Below are positions 34,900 to 43,491 of a stretch of 57,391 nt of DNA, piece after piece. Numbering within the stretch: position 1 is the stretch's first letter; each line of letters opens with the position of its first letter. The translations under genes and the position numbers were made by a program. The DNA comes from Chlamydiota bacterium (lineage in GTDB: Bacteria > Auribacterota > Tritonobacteria > UBA1439). The notes under the pieces were generated by a model. That model had not been told where the DNA came from. It was given only the letters and a program-made list of their open reading frames with translations, and made no database searches. The stretch covers positions 1-57,391 of the forward strand of contig JBAXOY010000003.1 of the NCBI GenBank assembly GCA_037133055.1, in the 5' to 3' direction.

Positions 34900-35757
34900 T
34901 TACTTCTTGACCTTTTTGTAGCCCTTGACGAACTTCCTCGCCATCGACTCGGGATCATCGCCGTACTTGCAGATCCTCGAGTGCATCGTGTAGAGCGCCC
35001 AGTAGTCGAGGCCGGAAAGGTCCGACTGCTTGATCATGGGCATCACCTTTGCGAGCTCCTCCCTGATCCTCGCGCGGACCGGGGCGATGTACGCCGAGGC
35101 GGGGCCGCGCTTCACGGGAGCCACGGGGGCGGCGGGCGCGGGGGCCGTCTTCGCGGCGGGCGCCGCGACCACGGGCCTCGGGATCGGGGAGCTTCTCTTC
35201 GCCCTGGCGGCCGCGCGCGCGGCGCGCTCCCTGTCCTTAGCGGCCTGCGCCTTGGCGCGGGCGAGCTCCTTCGCGACGCGGGCGCGTTCCCGGGCGGCGA
35301 GTTCTCTCTTCTTCGCGTCGACCTTCCTGTTCTCGATCTCCTTCGCGCGCATCATACGCTCCTGTTCTTTTGCCGTCACCGCCGCGGCGGACTGCGCCGG
35401 CGATACGGGAAAGGCTTTCGCCGGGTCGTATCCCTTGATCAGGCTGCGGGCGAGCGTCTCGGCGTCCTTGCCGCTTTTGACCACATCCTGGTGTATCGTG
35501 TAAAGAGCCCAGTAGTCGAGCTTCTTGATGAGCTTCGGGTCGATGTGAGGCAGGAGCGCGCACACCGCGTCATTGATATGCGCCCGCTTCGGGGCCACGT
35601 AGGGAATCTTTTCCACCGGAGGGGCCGCCGGGGCCTGCACCGCCTCGGGCATGCTCACCACCGCCCCCGTCCTCTTCGCCGCGCGCTTCTTCCGCACGAT
35701 GCGCTTCGCCTTTTTCACCCCCGCGGTCTTTCCCCTTTTTTTCCTGCGCTTCATCAT
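34900..35757 (-). CDS. highly basic protein with internal domain duplication (hypothetical)
   Basis: 285 aa. N-terminus MMKRRKKRGKTAGVKKAKRIVRKKRAAKR. Two ~60-aa repeats each contain LDYWALYT[IM]H, separated by a K/R/E/A coiled-coil. Confidence 0.65.
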   Translation of the reverse strand: MMKRRKKRGKTAGVKKAKRIVRKKRAAKRTGAVVSMPEAVQAPAAPPVEKIPYVAPKRAHINDAVCALLPHIDPKLIKKLDYWALYTIHQDVVKSGKDAETLARSLIKGYDPAKAFPVSPAQSAAAVTAKEQERMMRAKEIENRKVDAKKRELAARERARVAKELARAKAQAAKDRERAARAAARAKRSSPIPRPVVAAPAAKTAPAPAAPVAPVKRGPASAYIAPVRARIREELAKVMPMIKQSDLSGLDYWALYTMHSRICKYGDDPESMARKFVKGYKKVKK

Positions 35758-35936
35758 TCGGCCTCCTTCAGTTATACGCCAGCATAGTATAATGGAGATG
35801 CCCCGGGGTTGTCAACCGGGTCGCGTTTTGGGTGTCCGCGTTTTGCGCTGGCGCGCGTCCTGCGGGTAAAGTACAATTAGACTCCCTTCGCGGCGGCCCT
35901 GCCGCGATAACCCGTTTCGGGAGGAGGCGCCCTCAG

Positions 35937-38261
35937 ATGGAATTCAAATACATCGGTAAGAACATCGCGAGGCCTGATGCCGCCGCCAAGGCGACGGGCC
36001 GGGTCCAGTTCCTCGACGACATCAGGCTGCCGGGGCTGCTCCACATCGCCTTTCTCAGGCCCGAGCACGCCCACGCGAAGATCGTCTCCCTCGACACCTC
36101 CGAGGCCGAGAAGTGCGAGGGCGTGGTGAAGGTGGTCACCGGGCGAGACTGCAAGTTCCGCTACGGGGAGAACATGAAGGACCGGCTTCCCCTCGCGGTG
36201 GACAGGGTCCGCTGGATCGGCGAACCGGTCGCCGCGGTGGTGGCGGAGAAGCTCCACCAGGCGCGGGCCGCCGTCGGGAAGATCAAGGCCGTCTACGAGC
36301 CGCTCCCGGTCTACGTGGACGCCCGCGATGCCCTGAAGAAGGATGCCGTCCTCATCCACGAGGAGGCGCCGAGGTTCGTCCACCTCCCCGGAATGGAGCC
36401 GGTCCCCGGGACCAACATCGCGACCCGCTACACGCTGAAAAAGGGCGACGTCGAGAAGGGGTTCCGCGAGGCGGAGGTCGTGCTGGAGGGCGAGTTCAAC
36501 TACCCGTTCGGCTCATCGGCCGCCATCGAGCCGCACGGGTCGATCGTCTGGTTCCACGAGGACAAGACGATCGAGATCTGGTCGTCCTCGATCTGCCCCT
36601 TCATCGTGCGCGAGGACGTCGCCCTCGTGTACGGGCTCCCGATCTCCGACGTGCGGGTGCACATCCCCGAGGTGGGGGGGTGCTTCGGGTACAAGTCGGA
36701 TGTGACCATCGAGCAGACGGTGGCCTACGTCGCGAGCTTCGTCCAGGGGCGCCCGGTGAAGTGGGTCGCGACGCGCCAGGAGGACCTCCTGAGCACGCTG
36801 ATCGGGCACGGAATCAGGACGCAGATAAAGATCGGCGCGAAGAAGGACGGGACGCTGACCGCCCTTAAGACGACCATCCTCCACTCGACCGGCGCATCCA
36901 TGGACACCGGGATCCACGTGCTGATCGCCTCGACGCACAACTCCACCGGCGCCTACGAGTTCCCCCACTGCCACCTCGAGGGGCTCGCGGTCTACACGAA
37001 CACCCCCCCCGTCGGGGCGTACCGCGGCTACGGCCATCAGGAGTCGCAGCTCGCGATGGAGCGGATGATGGATATCCTGGCGCGCAGGCTGAAGATGGAC
37101 CCGTTTGCCCTCCGGGAGAAGAACTACCTCGGCCCCGGCAAGGTGACCTCGCTCGGCGAGCGGCTCTGGGAGAGCAACGGGAACGTGAAGAAATGCGCGG
37201 ACCTCGTGCGAAGCATCGTCTTCGCGAAACCGAAGAAGGTCGAGGACGACGACCGGTACTGGTATGGCCGCGGGTTCGCCGCCTTGATGAAGTCGCCGAA
37301 GGGGGCGTCGTTCTCCTCGAAGTCATGCTACCTGAAGTTCAACAGCGACGGGAGCGTCTCGATCAACATGGGCGGGGCGGAGGTCGGCCAGGGACTGAGG
37401 AACGTGGCGCGGCAGGTGGCGGCCGAGGCGCTGAAGATCGCCCCCGAGCGCATCCGGGTCTACACGGAGATCGACACCCAGTTCTCCCCGTGGGAGTGGC
37501 AGACGATCGGCTCGATGTTCACCATCCAGGGGGGGAGGGCGATCCTCCGGGCGTGCGAGAAGGCGATCGCGCAGCTGAAGAAGACCGCCGCGCAGGTCCT
37601 CCGGGTGGACGAGGACAGGCTGGTCTACGACGGCGACTGGATCTACCTGAACCACGATCCCGGCGTCCGGGTCGAGGTGACGAAGCTCGCACGCGGCTAC
37701 ACCTACGACGACGGAGTGACGGTGGGCGAGGTGGTCCACACCACCGCCGACGCGCGCCTGCCCCGCCAGTCCAACCCGAACGCCTGCGGCCAGGGCACGA
37801 TGGGCATCACCTACACCTTCGGCGCCCAGGCGTGCGAGCTCCGGATCGAGAAGGAGACCGGGAAGATCACCGTCGACCACTTCGTCTCGTGTTTCGACAT
37901 CGGGCAGGTGATCAACCCCCGGCAGATCCGGGGACAGGTCACGGGCGGCGTGATGATGGCGCTCGGCGCCTCGCTCTGCGAGGAGCTCAAGTTCACCCCC
38001 GACGGCAAGGCGGTCAACCCGCACTTCTCGAAGTACCGCTTCCCCACGATCAAGGATGCGCCGAAGAAGCAGACGGTCGAGTTCGTGGAAACGCCGGAGG
38101 CGATCGGGCCGTTCGGCGCGCGCGGGATAGGGGAACACCCCGTGATCGGCGTCGCGCCCGCGGTCCTCAACGCGGTCTACGACGCAATCGGGGTGGATTT
38201 CAGCGAGATTCCGGTGACGCCAGAGAAGATCAAGAAGGCGCTCGAGGAGAAGGGAAAGTAG
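35937..38261 (+). CDS. xanthine dehydrogenase/aldehyde oxidase-family molybdopterin-binding subunit
   Basis: 774 aa. MEFKYIGKNIARPDAAAKATGRVQF, GGCFGYK, GAYRGYGHQES and GARGIGEHP are typical of the family. GGGAGGAGG lies upstream. Confidence 0.9.
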   Translation: MEFKYIGKNIARPDAAAKATGRVQFLDDIRLPGLLHIAFLRPEHAHAKIVSLDTSEAEKCEGVVKVVTGRDCKFRYGENMKDRLPLAVDRVRWIGEPVAAVVAEKLHQARAAVGKIKAVYEPLPVYVDARDALKKDAVLIHEEAPRFVHLPGMEPVPGTNIATRYTLKKGDVEKGFREAEVVLEGEFNYPFGSSAAIEPHGSIVWFHEDKTIEIWSSSICPFIVREDVALVYGLPISDVRVHIPEVGGCFGYKSDVTIEQTVAYVASFVQGRPVKWVATRQEDLLSTLIGHGIRTQIKIGAKKDGTLTALKTTILHSTGASMDTGIHVLIASTHNSTGAYEFPHCHLEGLAVYTNTPPVGAYRGYGHQESQLAMERMMDILARRLKMDPFALREKNYLGPGKVTSLGERLWESNGNVKKCADLVRSIVFAKPKKVEDDDRYWYGRGFAALMKSPKGASFSSKSCYLKFNSDGSVSINMGGAEVGQGLRNVARQVAAEALKIAPERIRVYTEIDTQFSPWEWQTIGSMFTIQGGRAILRACEKAIAQLKKTAAQVLRVDEDRLVYDGDWIYLNHDPGVRVEVTKLARGYTYDDGVTVGEVVHTTADARLPRQSNPNACGQGTMGITYTFGAQACELRIEKETGKITVDHFVSCFDIGQVINPRQIRGQVTGGVMMALGASLCEELKFTPDGKAVNPHFSKYRFPTIKDAPKKQTVEFVETPEAIGPFGARGIGEHPVIGVAPAVLNAVYDAIGVDFSEIPVTPEKIKKALEEKGK

Positions 38262-38263
38262 CC

Positions 38264-38743
38264 ATGGCAGAAAGGATATCCTTTACCGTCAACGGCGTGG
38301 CGCGGAGCGTCGAGATCGAGGGGTGGGAGAAGGCGATCGACGTCCTCCGCGAGACGCTCGGCATGACCGGCACGAAGCGGGGCTGCGACGACGCCTCCTG
38401 CGGCGCCTGCACGATCATCATCGACGCCGTCGCGAAACGGAGCTGCGTCCTGCCGGGAAAGAAGCTCGACGGGACGACGGTGACCACTATCGAGGGGATG
38501 TCGGAGGGGACGAGGCTCCATCCGATCCAGGAGGCGCTCATCGAGGCCGGGGCGGTCCAATGCGGCTACTGCATCCCCGGCATCGTGATGACGCTCCACG
38601 CCCTCTACGCGAAGAACCCGGAGGCGACGGAGGAGGAGATCGTCGATGCGCTTTCCCGCCACCTCTGTCGCTGCACCGGGTACGAGTCGATCCTTGAGGG
38701 AGCGAAGCTCGCGCAGAAAAAGCTCGCCGCGGCGAAGAAATAG
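38264..38743 (+). CDS. (2Fe-2S)-binding subunit of XDH-family enzyme
   Basis: 159 aa. GCDDASCGACT and QCGYCIPG...CRCTGY are the two [2Fe-2S] motifs. The start is 3 nt after the large-subunit stop. Confidence 0.9.
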   Translation: MAERISFTVNGVARSVEIEGWEKAIDVLRETLGMTGTKRGCDDASCGACTIIIDAVAKRSCVLPGKKLDGTTVTTIEGMSEGTRLHPIQEALIEAGAVQCGYCIPGIVMTLHALYAKNPEATEEEIVDALSRHLCRCTGYESILEGAKLAQKKLAAAKK

Positions 38744-38761
38744 GGAACGATAATTTTTCAC

Positions 38762-38854
38762 CACGGAGAGCACGGAGAGCACGGAGAGCACGGAGGTGCA
38801 CGGAGAAAATGTTTCGCGCCCTGAACTGCTTGAACCGCTTGAACTGCGTGAACC
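38762..38854. repeat. 9-mer tandem CACGGAGAG (x3 plus 2 variants) and CTTGAAC[CT]G-type words (x4)
   Basis: 38762-38807 holds the CACGGAGAG series and 38821-38854 holds CTGAACTG/CTTGAACCG/CTTGAACTG/CGTGAACC. Both lie in the 137-nt gap before ATG 38881. Confidence 0.9.
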
Positions 38855-38880
38855 AAACAGTGTGCACGGGGGGCTTGGAG

Positions 38881-39552
38881 ATGAAAAGCAAGAAGCCGTC
38901 GCGGGTCGCGATCCTGTTTTCGGGGGGGGCGGACTCCACCGCCGTCGCGGTCCACCTCCTCCAGGAGGGGCGCGAGGCGCTTCTTCTCACCTTTGACAAC
39001 GGCGCGGAGAAATGGCTCGAGCTCGCCGGGTACAAGGCGGATTTCATCCGGAAGCAGTTCCCGGGCCTCTGCGCGTGGAAGCTCCTCGACTCCACCCCCC
39101 TGTTCCACGATCTCGCCATCGCCCCCATGGTCGATGACGTGGGGAGATACGGGAAGGGCGGGAACCTCGTCTGCTGCGGCTGCAAGCTCGCGATGCTCTG
39201 CGAGGCGATCGTTTACTGCAGGAAGCACGGGATCAGGGAGATCGCCGACGGCTTCCAGAAGGCGCAGGATTTCTACCCGGAGCAGACCCCGGACTACATG
39301 GTCCCCGCTGACCGCTTCGCCCGCTCCTACGGCATCCGGTACTTCCACCCGTTCTGGGACAACCCCGGGCTGAAACAGGACAAGATCACGCTCGGCGGCG
39401 CCGTCCCCCCCTCGCCGATACAGCCCTGGTGCCTCTTCGGCTGCAACCCGATCCTCGACAAGAAGTGCATCCGCCCCTACGTCGAGAGCAAACTCCCCGC
39501 CATGAAGGTCTACGTCGACTCCGCCCTGGGGATGAAGAAGCGCGGGAGATAG
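38881..39552 (+). CDS. PP-loop (SGGxDS) ATP pyrophosphatase, Cys-rich, family unassigned
   Basis: 223 aa. VAILFSGGADSTAV is the PP-loop. LVCCGCKLAMLCEAIVYCRKHGIREIADG and PWCLFGC give a CxxCK plus distal Cys pattern like Fe-S-dependent sulfur transferases (TtuA/TtcA, LarE). Confidence 0.7.
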   Translation: MKSKKPSRVAILFSGGADSTAVAVHLLQEGREALLLTFDNGAEKWLELAGYKADFIRKQFPGLCAWKLLDSTPLFHDLAIAPMVDDVGRYGKGGNLVCCGCKLAMLCEAIVYCRKHGIREIADGFQKAQDFYPEQTPDYMVPADRFARSYGIRYFHPFWDNPGLKQDKITLGGAVPPSPIQPWCLFGCNPILDKKCIRPYVESKLPAMKVYVDSALGMKKRGR

Positions 39553-39646
39553 CTCCGCGCCAGTCCTTCCCCCGGCGCAAAAATCATTCGGGGTTCCCGG
39601 GCCGGATGCTATACTCCACCACGGTATCGGACAGGGGGCCCGCGGG

Positions 39647-40075
39647 ATGAGGGAAGATGGCGAGGTCATCGCGCTCCTGGGCGGAACGGCCAGGGTGCGC
39701 CTGTCGCGTAAGAGCGCGTGCAGCGGGTGCCGCGCGTGCGCCGCGCTCGGCCCCGGCGCAATGGTGGTCGAGGCGCGAAACCTCGCCGGAGCCGGGGTGG
39801 GGGAGAGGGTGCGTCTCGAGATCACGGGGCCGGATCCCCTCCGCGCGGCGCTCCTCCTCTACGGCGCGCCGCTCGCCGGCCTGGTCGCGGGATGCATCGC
39901 CGGGACGGCGCTCACAGGTTCGGAGACGGCGGGGCTGGGCATCGGGCTCGCGGCGCTTGCCTGCGTCTACGGCGCCCTGCGGCGCTACGACAGGCATGTC
40001 GTGCGGAGCGGGAAGGCCGCGGCGACGGTGGTACAACGGATGCCCGATGGAGGGAAGAGTGGGAACGACGCATAA
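39647..40075 (+). CDS. RseC/MucC-family (SoxR-reducing-system) protein
   Basis: 142 aa. GTARVRLSRKSACSGCRAC has the N-terminal Cys motif, followed by two C-terminal TM helices (AALLLYGAPLAGLVAG and GLGIGLAALACVYGAL). Confidence 0.7.
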   Translation: MREDGEVIALLGGTARVRLSRKSACSGCRACAALGPGAMVVEARNLAGAGVGERVRLEITGPDPLRAALLLYGAPLAGLVAGCIAGTALTGSETAGLGIGLAALACVYGALRRYDRHVVRSGKAAATVVQRMPDGGKSGNDA

Positions 40076-40227
40076 GGGCGCGAACGGTCCCGACGACGTG
40101 GTGATCTCGCGGCTCATCCTCAGAGAGGTGTTCGGCGGCCCCGGGATGGGCCCGATCTTCAGCGGGATGCTCCTCTCGGATAAGAGGACGCCGAGTTCAT
40201 GTTGGGTAAGAGTTAGGTAAAAAGTAG

Positions 40228-40256
40228 TTGCCAAGCGCCAAGGAAAGTCGCATAAT
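40228..40256 (+). promoter_or_regulatory. sigma70-like promoter candidate TTGCCA-N17-CATAAT
   Basis: -35 at 40228-33, -10 at 40251-56, 46 nt upstream of ATG 40302. The leader contains GGAATTC GGAATTG and GGAAAGGAGGGG. Confidence 0.5.
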
Positions 40257-40301
40257 CATTGCACGAAAACGGAATTCGGAATTGGAAAGGAGGGGAGAAA
40301 G

Positions 40302-40457
40302 ATGAAGAGAATCATGTTCGTGGCCCTTGCGCTTGCGCTCGGCACGGTGGTCCTCGGCGGTTGCAAGAAGAAAGAGGAGAAGAAGCCGGTGGCAGCCGAG
40401 GTCTCCAAGGGGATCAGCGACGCCGGTAAAGCCGTTACCGACGCGGCCAAGAAGTAA
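40302..40457 (+). CDS. 51-aa lipoprotein (hypothetical)
   Basis: Below the ORF-track cutoff. MKRIMFVALALALGTVVLGGCKKKEEKKPVAAEVSKGISDAGKAVTDAAKK has a lipobox (LGGC). A strong SD and a downstream terminator hairpin are present. Confidence 0.6.
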   Translation: MKRIMFVALALALGTVVLGGCKKKEEKKPVAAEVSKGISDAGKAVTDAAKK

Positions 40458-40512
40458 GAAGAGCACCCTCGTTAAGCGCCGCGGCAAGACGCGGCAGGGG
40501 GTATCGCATGCG

Positions 40513-40552
40513 CCCGGCGGCGGTGGCAGTACCGTCGCCGGGTTTGTGTGTG
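40513..40552 (+). terminator. rho-independent terminator candidate
   Basis: CCCGGCGGCGG (40513-23) pairs with CCGTCGCCGGG (40532-42) with 1 mismatch, followed by TTTGTGTGTG. Confidence 0.45.
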
Positions 40553-40662
40553 CGCCCATATCGATACTTGCGCGTCGGCCCCGCGCGTAGTACCTTATGG
40601 GCGGAGGGGAGCGCCGTATCGCCTTCGCGTGACATGGGGCATTCGAGCAAGAGGGGGGGACG

Positions 40663-41157
40663 ATGAGCGCGCGTCATCGAATGACTATCGCCGTGGCGGC
40701 GCTCGCCGCGGCGTGCTGGTGCATTGCGCCGGAGTGTCCCGGAGGACAGTCGAAGCCGCTGAGCATCACCCCCTCGAGTCTGACCGCGGGGAAGGGGTTC
40801 TCCTTCGACGTAAGGCTGAATGCGCCCATTTCCGCGCACTTCGACGTTTATTGTATCGCGGATACCAGCTATGGCGTGTTCAATTTGTTCTTCAGCGGGT
40901 GGGTGAGCTACGCTGGTTGGGAGGACCCCTGGTCGATTGAAGCTGTGTGCCCGGATGTGTGGGGGTATGAGTTCCCCTACGCCACCCGGGTCCGGCCCCG
41001 CGTGACCATCCCCATGGACATGCGGTACAATTTCATCACCTTCTATCTCTACATCACGCCGGCCGGGAAAGTGCCCATCTTTTATTTCATCGAGGAGCTC
41101 GGCCCGAACACGGGGAATGTCGTCATGTTCGACTCCGTCAGGCTTCCGGTGCGGTAG
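40663..41157 (+). CDS. hypothetical secreted protein
   Basis: 164 aa. Signal-like MSARHRMTIAVAALAAACWCIAPECPG, then an aromatic-rich beta-type sequence. No family recognised. Confidence 0.55.
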   Translation: MSARHRMTIAVAALAAACWCIAPECPGGQSKPLSITPSSLTAGKGFSFDVRLNAPISAHFDVYCIADTSYGVFNLFFSGWVSYAGWEDPWSIEAVCPDVWGYEFPYATRVRPRVTIPMDMRYNFITFYLYITPAGKVPIFYFIEELGPNTGNVVMFDSVRLPVR

Positions 41158-41188
41158 GCATCCCGGCCCCGGAGGAGAGGATGGCAGC

Positions 41189-41608
41189 ATGCAGATGAAG
41201 CCCGATCTCGTGTATTCGGTCCTGTGCGACGACGTGCGCCAGGAGATCAACGGGAAGTTCATGTTCCTCGGTGTGTTCCAGAATATCTGGGTGCAGGGAC
41301 TCCCCGCGGTGCACCACCGCCTCTGCATCGCGAACTCCTGGTACAACGGCATCGGGGAGTTCCACGCCCGCTCCGCGATCGTCGCCCCCGACAAGAAGAC
41401 CCGGGTGGTCGAGAGCGTCCCGGTCAAGATCGTCCTCACGGAGGAGAACCGCGGCTCGATCGTGGTGAACTTCTTTCAGAATATCCGCTTCAACGAGGAG
41501 GGGCTGTACTGGGTGGAGGTGTGTCTCGAGGACACGCTCGTGACGCGCTACCCGTTCCGGGTGGGGCGGCCCCCCCAGAAGAAGCAGCCGCAGCAGCAGG
41601 GGCATTAG
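41189..41608 (+). CDS. hypothetical protein (DUF6941-like N-terminal pattern)
   Basis: 139 aa. VYSVLCDDVRQEINGKFMFLGVF is the pattern I associate with DUF6941, assigned from memory only. GGAGGAGAGG lies upstream. Confidence 0.55.
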   Translation: MQMKPDLVYSVLCDDVRQEINGKFMFLGVFQNIWVQGLPAVHHRLCIANSWYNGIGEFHARSAIVAPDKKTRVVESVPVKIVLTEENRGSIVVNFFQNIRFNEEGLYWVEVCLEDTLVTRYPFRVGRPPQKKQPQQQGH

Positions 41609-41676
41609 TCCATCGTCCACCATAGAGTACCTTCGGCCATTTTGCGGACCGTGGACCGTCGGCCGCGGATAGCTGT

Positions 41677-42978
41677 TTAATGCCCCCCCACCGTCACCGT
41701 CGCCTCATCCGCACAGCCCGGGATCGCGTTCCAGGCATCCGCGGGACTCCTCCCGGGCGGCACGAGACGTGCGATAATCCTCCATATCCCCGCCGCGCCG
41801 GGGGGCACGGAAGCGACTGCGAGGAGCCTCACATCGATCGCACTGCCGAGCCCCTGCACCCCCCTCGCGAGGGGATGCGCCCCGGGGACGAGCGACCCGG
41901 GGCGGCGCGGGTCGGGTGAGGAGATATCTCCTCCCGGGCCGATGATAACCGCCCACGCGTCGAAGACCTGGTTGATCGGCTGCACGCGCACATCGAGGAT
42001 GAACGGCGCGCCGGCGGCCGGGGAGGCGCTTCCCGGCGCGAGCGCGAGCGAGACGGCGGGCGTCGGCGTCGGATCGGGCTCGCCGTCCAGGGTGACGACC
42101 CTCGTCACCTTGTCGAGCACCTGGAGCGCCGTGAAATTCCGCCTGTTGTAGCCGTAGCGAAGCCCCTCCGAGCCGAAATTCGCCGCGTCGCTCCCCCCCA
42201 GTGCGCTCGGATGAATGCCGTCCGCGCTGATCCCTCCATTCGCCATTCCGGGGGCCTCCATGGCGAGCCAGTAGTTCCACACGGGGACCTCGTGCGAGCC
42301 CGCGACATCGATGATGATCTGATTGAACGGCATGACGAGGGCGGCGCGCGAGGCGCTGTCATAGCGGTGGGGGATCGTACTCAGGACCGGGATCACCCCC
42401 GCTGCGGCGCATGCCTCGACGATCGAGCCCATGGCGGCGCGGAACGTCTCGGCGCGGTAGTGCTCGAGATCGTTCGTGCCGTACATGATGAGGGCGACGG
42501 CGGGGCGGGCGTCGAGCAGCTCGCAGGCGAGGGCGGCGCGACCGGGATCCGGGCACGCCCCGGACTGGGTAAAGACCATGGGGGCGCTCCATCCGCTCAC
42601 CGCGCAGGCGCTCACGCGGGTGAACGAGTTGATCGGGCAGGCCGCGGCCGGGCGCCAGGAGGAGTCCGAGCGCGAGGCGTAGTATGCGATCACGGGCTGG
42701 AGCTCTGCGTGGCCGCCGAGCGCGACGCGGCCGCAGCCGATCGGGGTGAAGAACAGGTTCGAGCTCGTGATACTGTCGCCGATACGGCTCGCCGCATCGG
42801 CGTAGTTGCCGAGGGACTGCCCCGTCGCGCGCACCGCCCGGAGGCGCTCCTTCATGGCGGCATCTATGACGGGGACGACGGGCGGCTGGTCGTAGGCAAA
42901 AACCGGGGACGGGTGTTTCCCGGGCGCGATGAGAACCAGTACGGCGATCAGCGCGAAACGTGACAAGGGGGATCGCAT
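41677..42978 (-). CDS. secreted SGNH/GDSL-family hydrolase with C-terminal extra domain
   Basis: 433 aa from MRSPLSRFALIAVLVLIA. Block I is RIGDSITSS, block III IMYGTNDLE, block V DGIHPS. The ~120-aa C-terminal domain is unassigned. Confidence 0.75.
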   Translation of the reverse strand: MRSPLSRFALIAVLVLIAPGKHPSPVFAYDQPPVVPVIDAAMKERLRAVRATGQSLGNYADAASRIGDSITSSNLFFTPIGCGRVALGGHAELQPVIAYYASRSDSSWRPAAACPINSFTRVSACAVSGWSAPMVFTQSGACPDPGRAALACELLDARPAVALIMYGTNDLEHYRAETFRAAMGSIVEACAAAGVIPVLSTIPHRYDSASRAALVMPFNQIIIDVAGSHEVPVWNYWLAMEAPGMANGGISADGIHPSALGGSDAANFGSEGLRYGYNRRNFTALQVLDKVTRVVTLDGEPDPTPTPAVSLALAPGSASPAAGAPFILDVRVQPINQVFDAWAVIIGPGGDISSPDPRRPGSLVPGAHPLARGVQGLGSAIDVRLLAVASVPPGAAGIWRIIARLVPPGRSPADAWNAIPGCADEATVTVGGH

Positions 42979-43011
42979 GGCATTCCTTCCCTGTGCGGGG
43001 CACACGCCGCT

Positions 43012-43039
43012 TTGCTACACTGATGGTCAGTGATACTAT
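43012..43039 (+). promoter_or_regulatory. sigma70-like promoter candidate TTGCTA-N16-TACTAT
   Basis: -35 at 43012-17, -10 at 43034-39, 35 nt upstream of ATG 43074. Confidence 0.4.
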
Positions 43040-43073
43040 TGTAGCAGTGCGGCCGATCCATGGACACCTGTTT

Positions 43074-43478
43074 ATGACAGGGTTTTCCCTGACCGACGAC
43101 CGGTGGTGTTTCGCCTGCGGGGAGAAGAACCCCGCGGGGCTCAAGCTCTCCTTCGCCCCAGGCGGCGACGGGGCGCTGCGCGCGTCGTTCACCTTCCGCA
43201 AGGAGCACCAGGGCTATACGGACGTCGTCCACGGCGGCCTCGTCGGCCTTATCCTGGACGAGATCATGCTCAATCTGGCGTGGCGGACGGGACTCAGGGC
43301 GGTCACCGCGGCCCTTGAGCTCCGGTTCAAGAAGGCCGTCAGGGTGGGGGAGCGGGTGGATTTTTCAGGCCGGATCACGGGCAGGAACGGCAGGCTCGTC
43401 CTTGCCGAGGCGGAGGCGCGGGACACGAAGGGCGCCCTGGTCGCCACCGCGAAGGCGAAATGTCTCGTGGTGGAATGA
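43074..43478 (+). CDS. PaaI-family hotdog-fold thioesterase
   Basis: CFACGEKNPAGLKL...YTDVVHGGLVGLILDE is typical of PaaI/YdiI-type thioesterases. Confidence 0.8.
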   Translation: MTGFSLTDDRWCFACGEKNPAGLKLSFAPGGDGALRASFTFRKEHQGYTDVVHGGLVGLILDEIMLNLAWRTGLRAVTAALELRFKKAVRVGERVDFSGRITGRNGRLVLAEAEARDTKGALVATAKAKCLVVE

Positions 43479-43491
43479 AAAGAATACGGAC

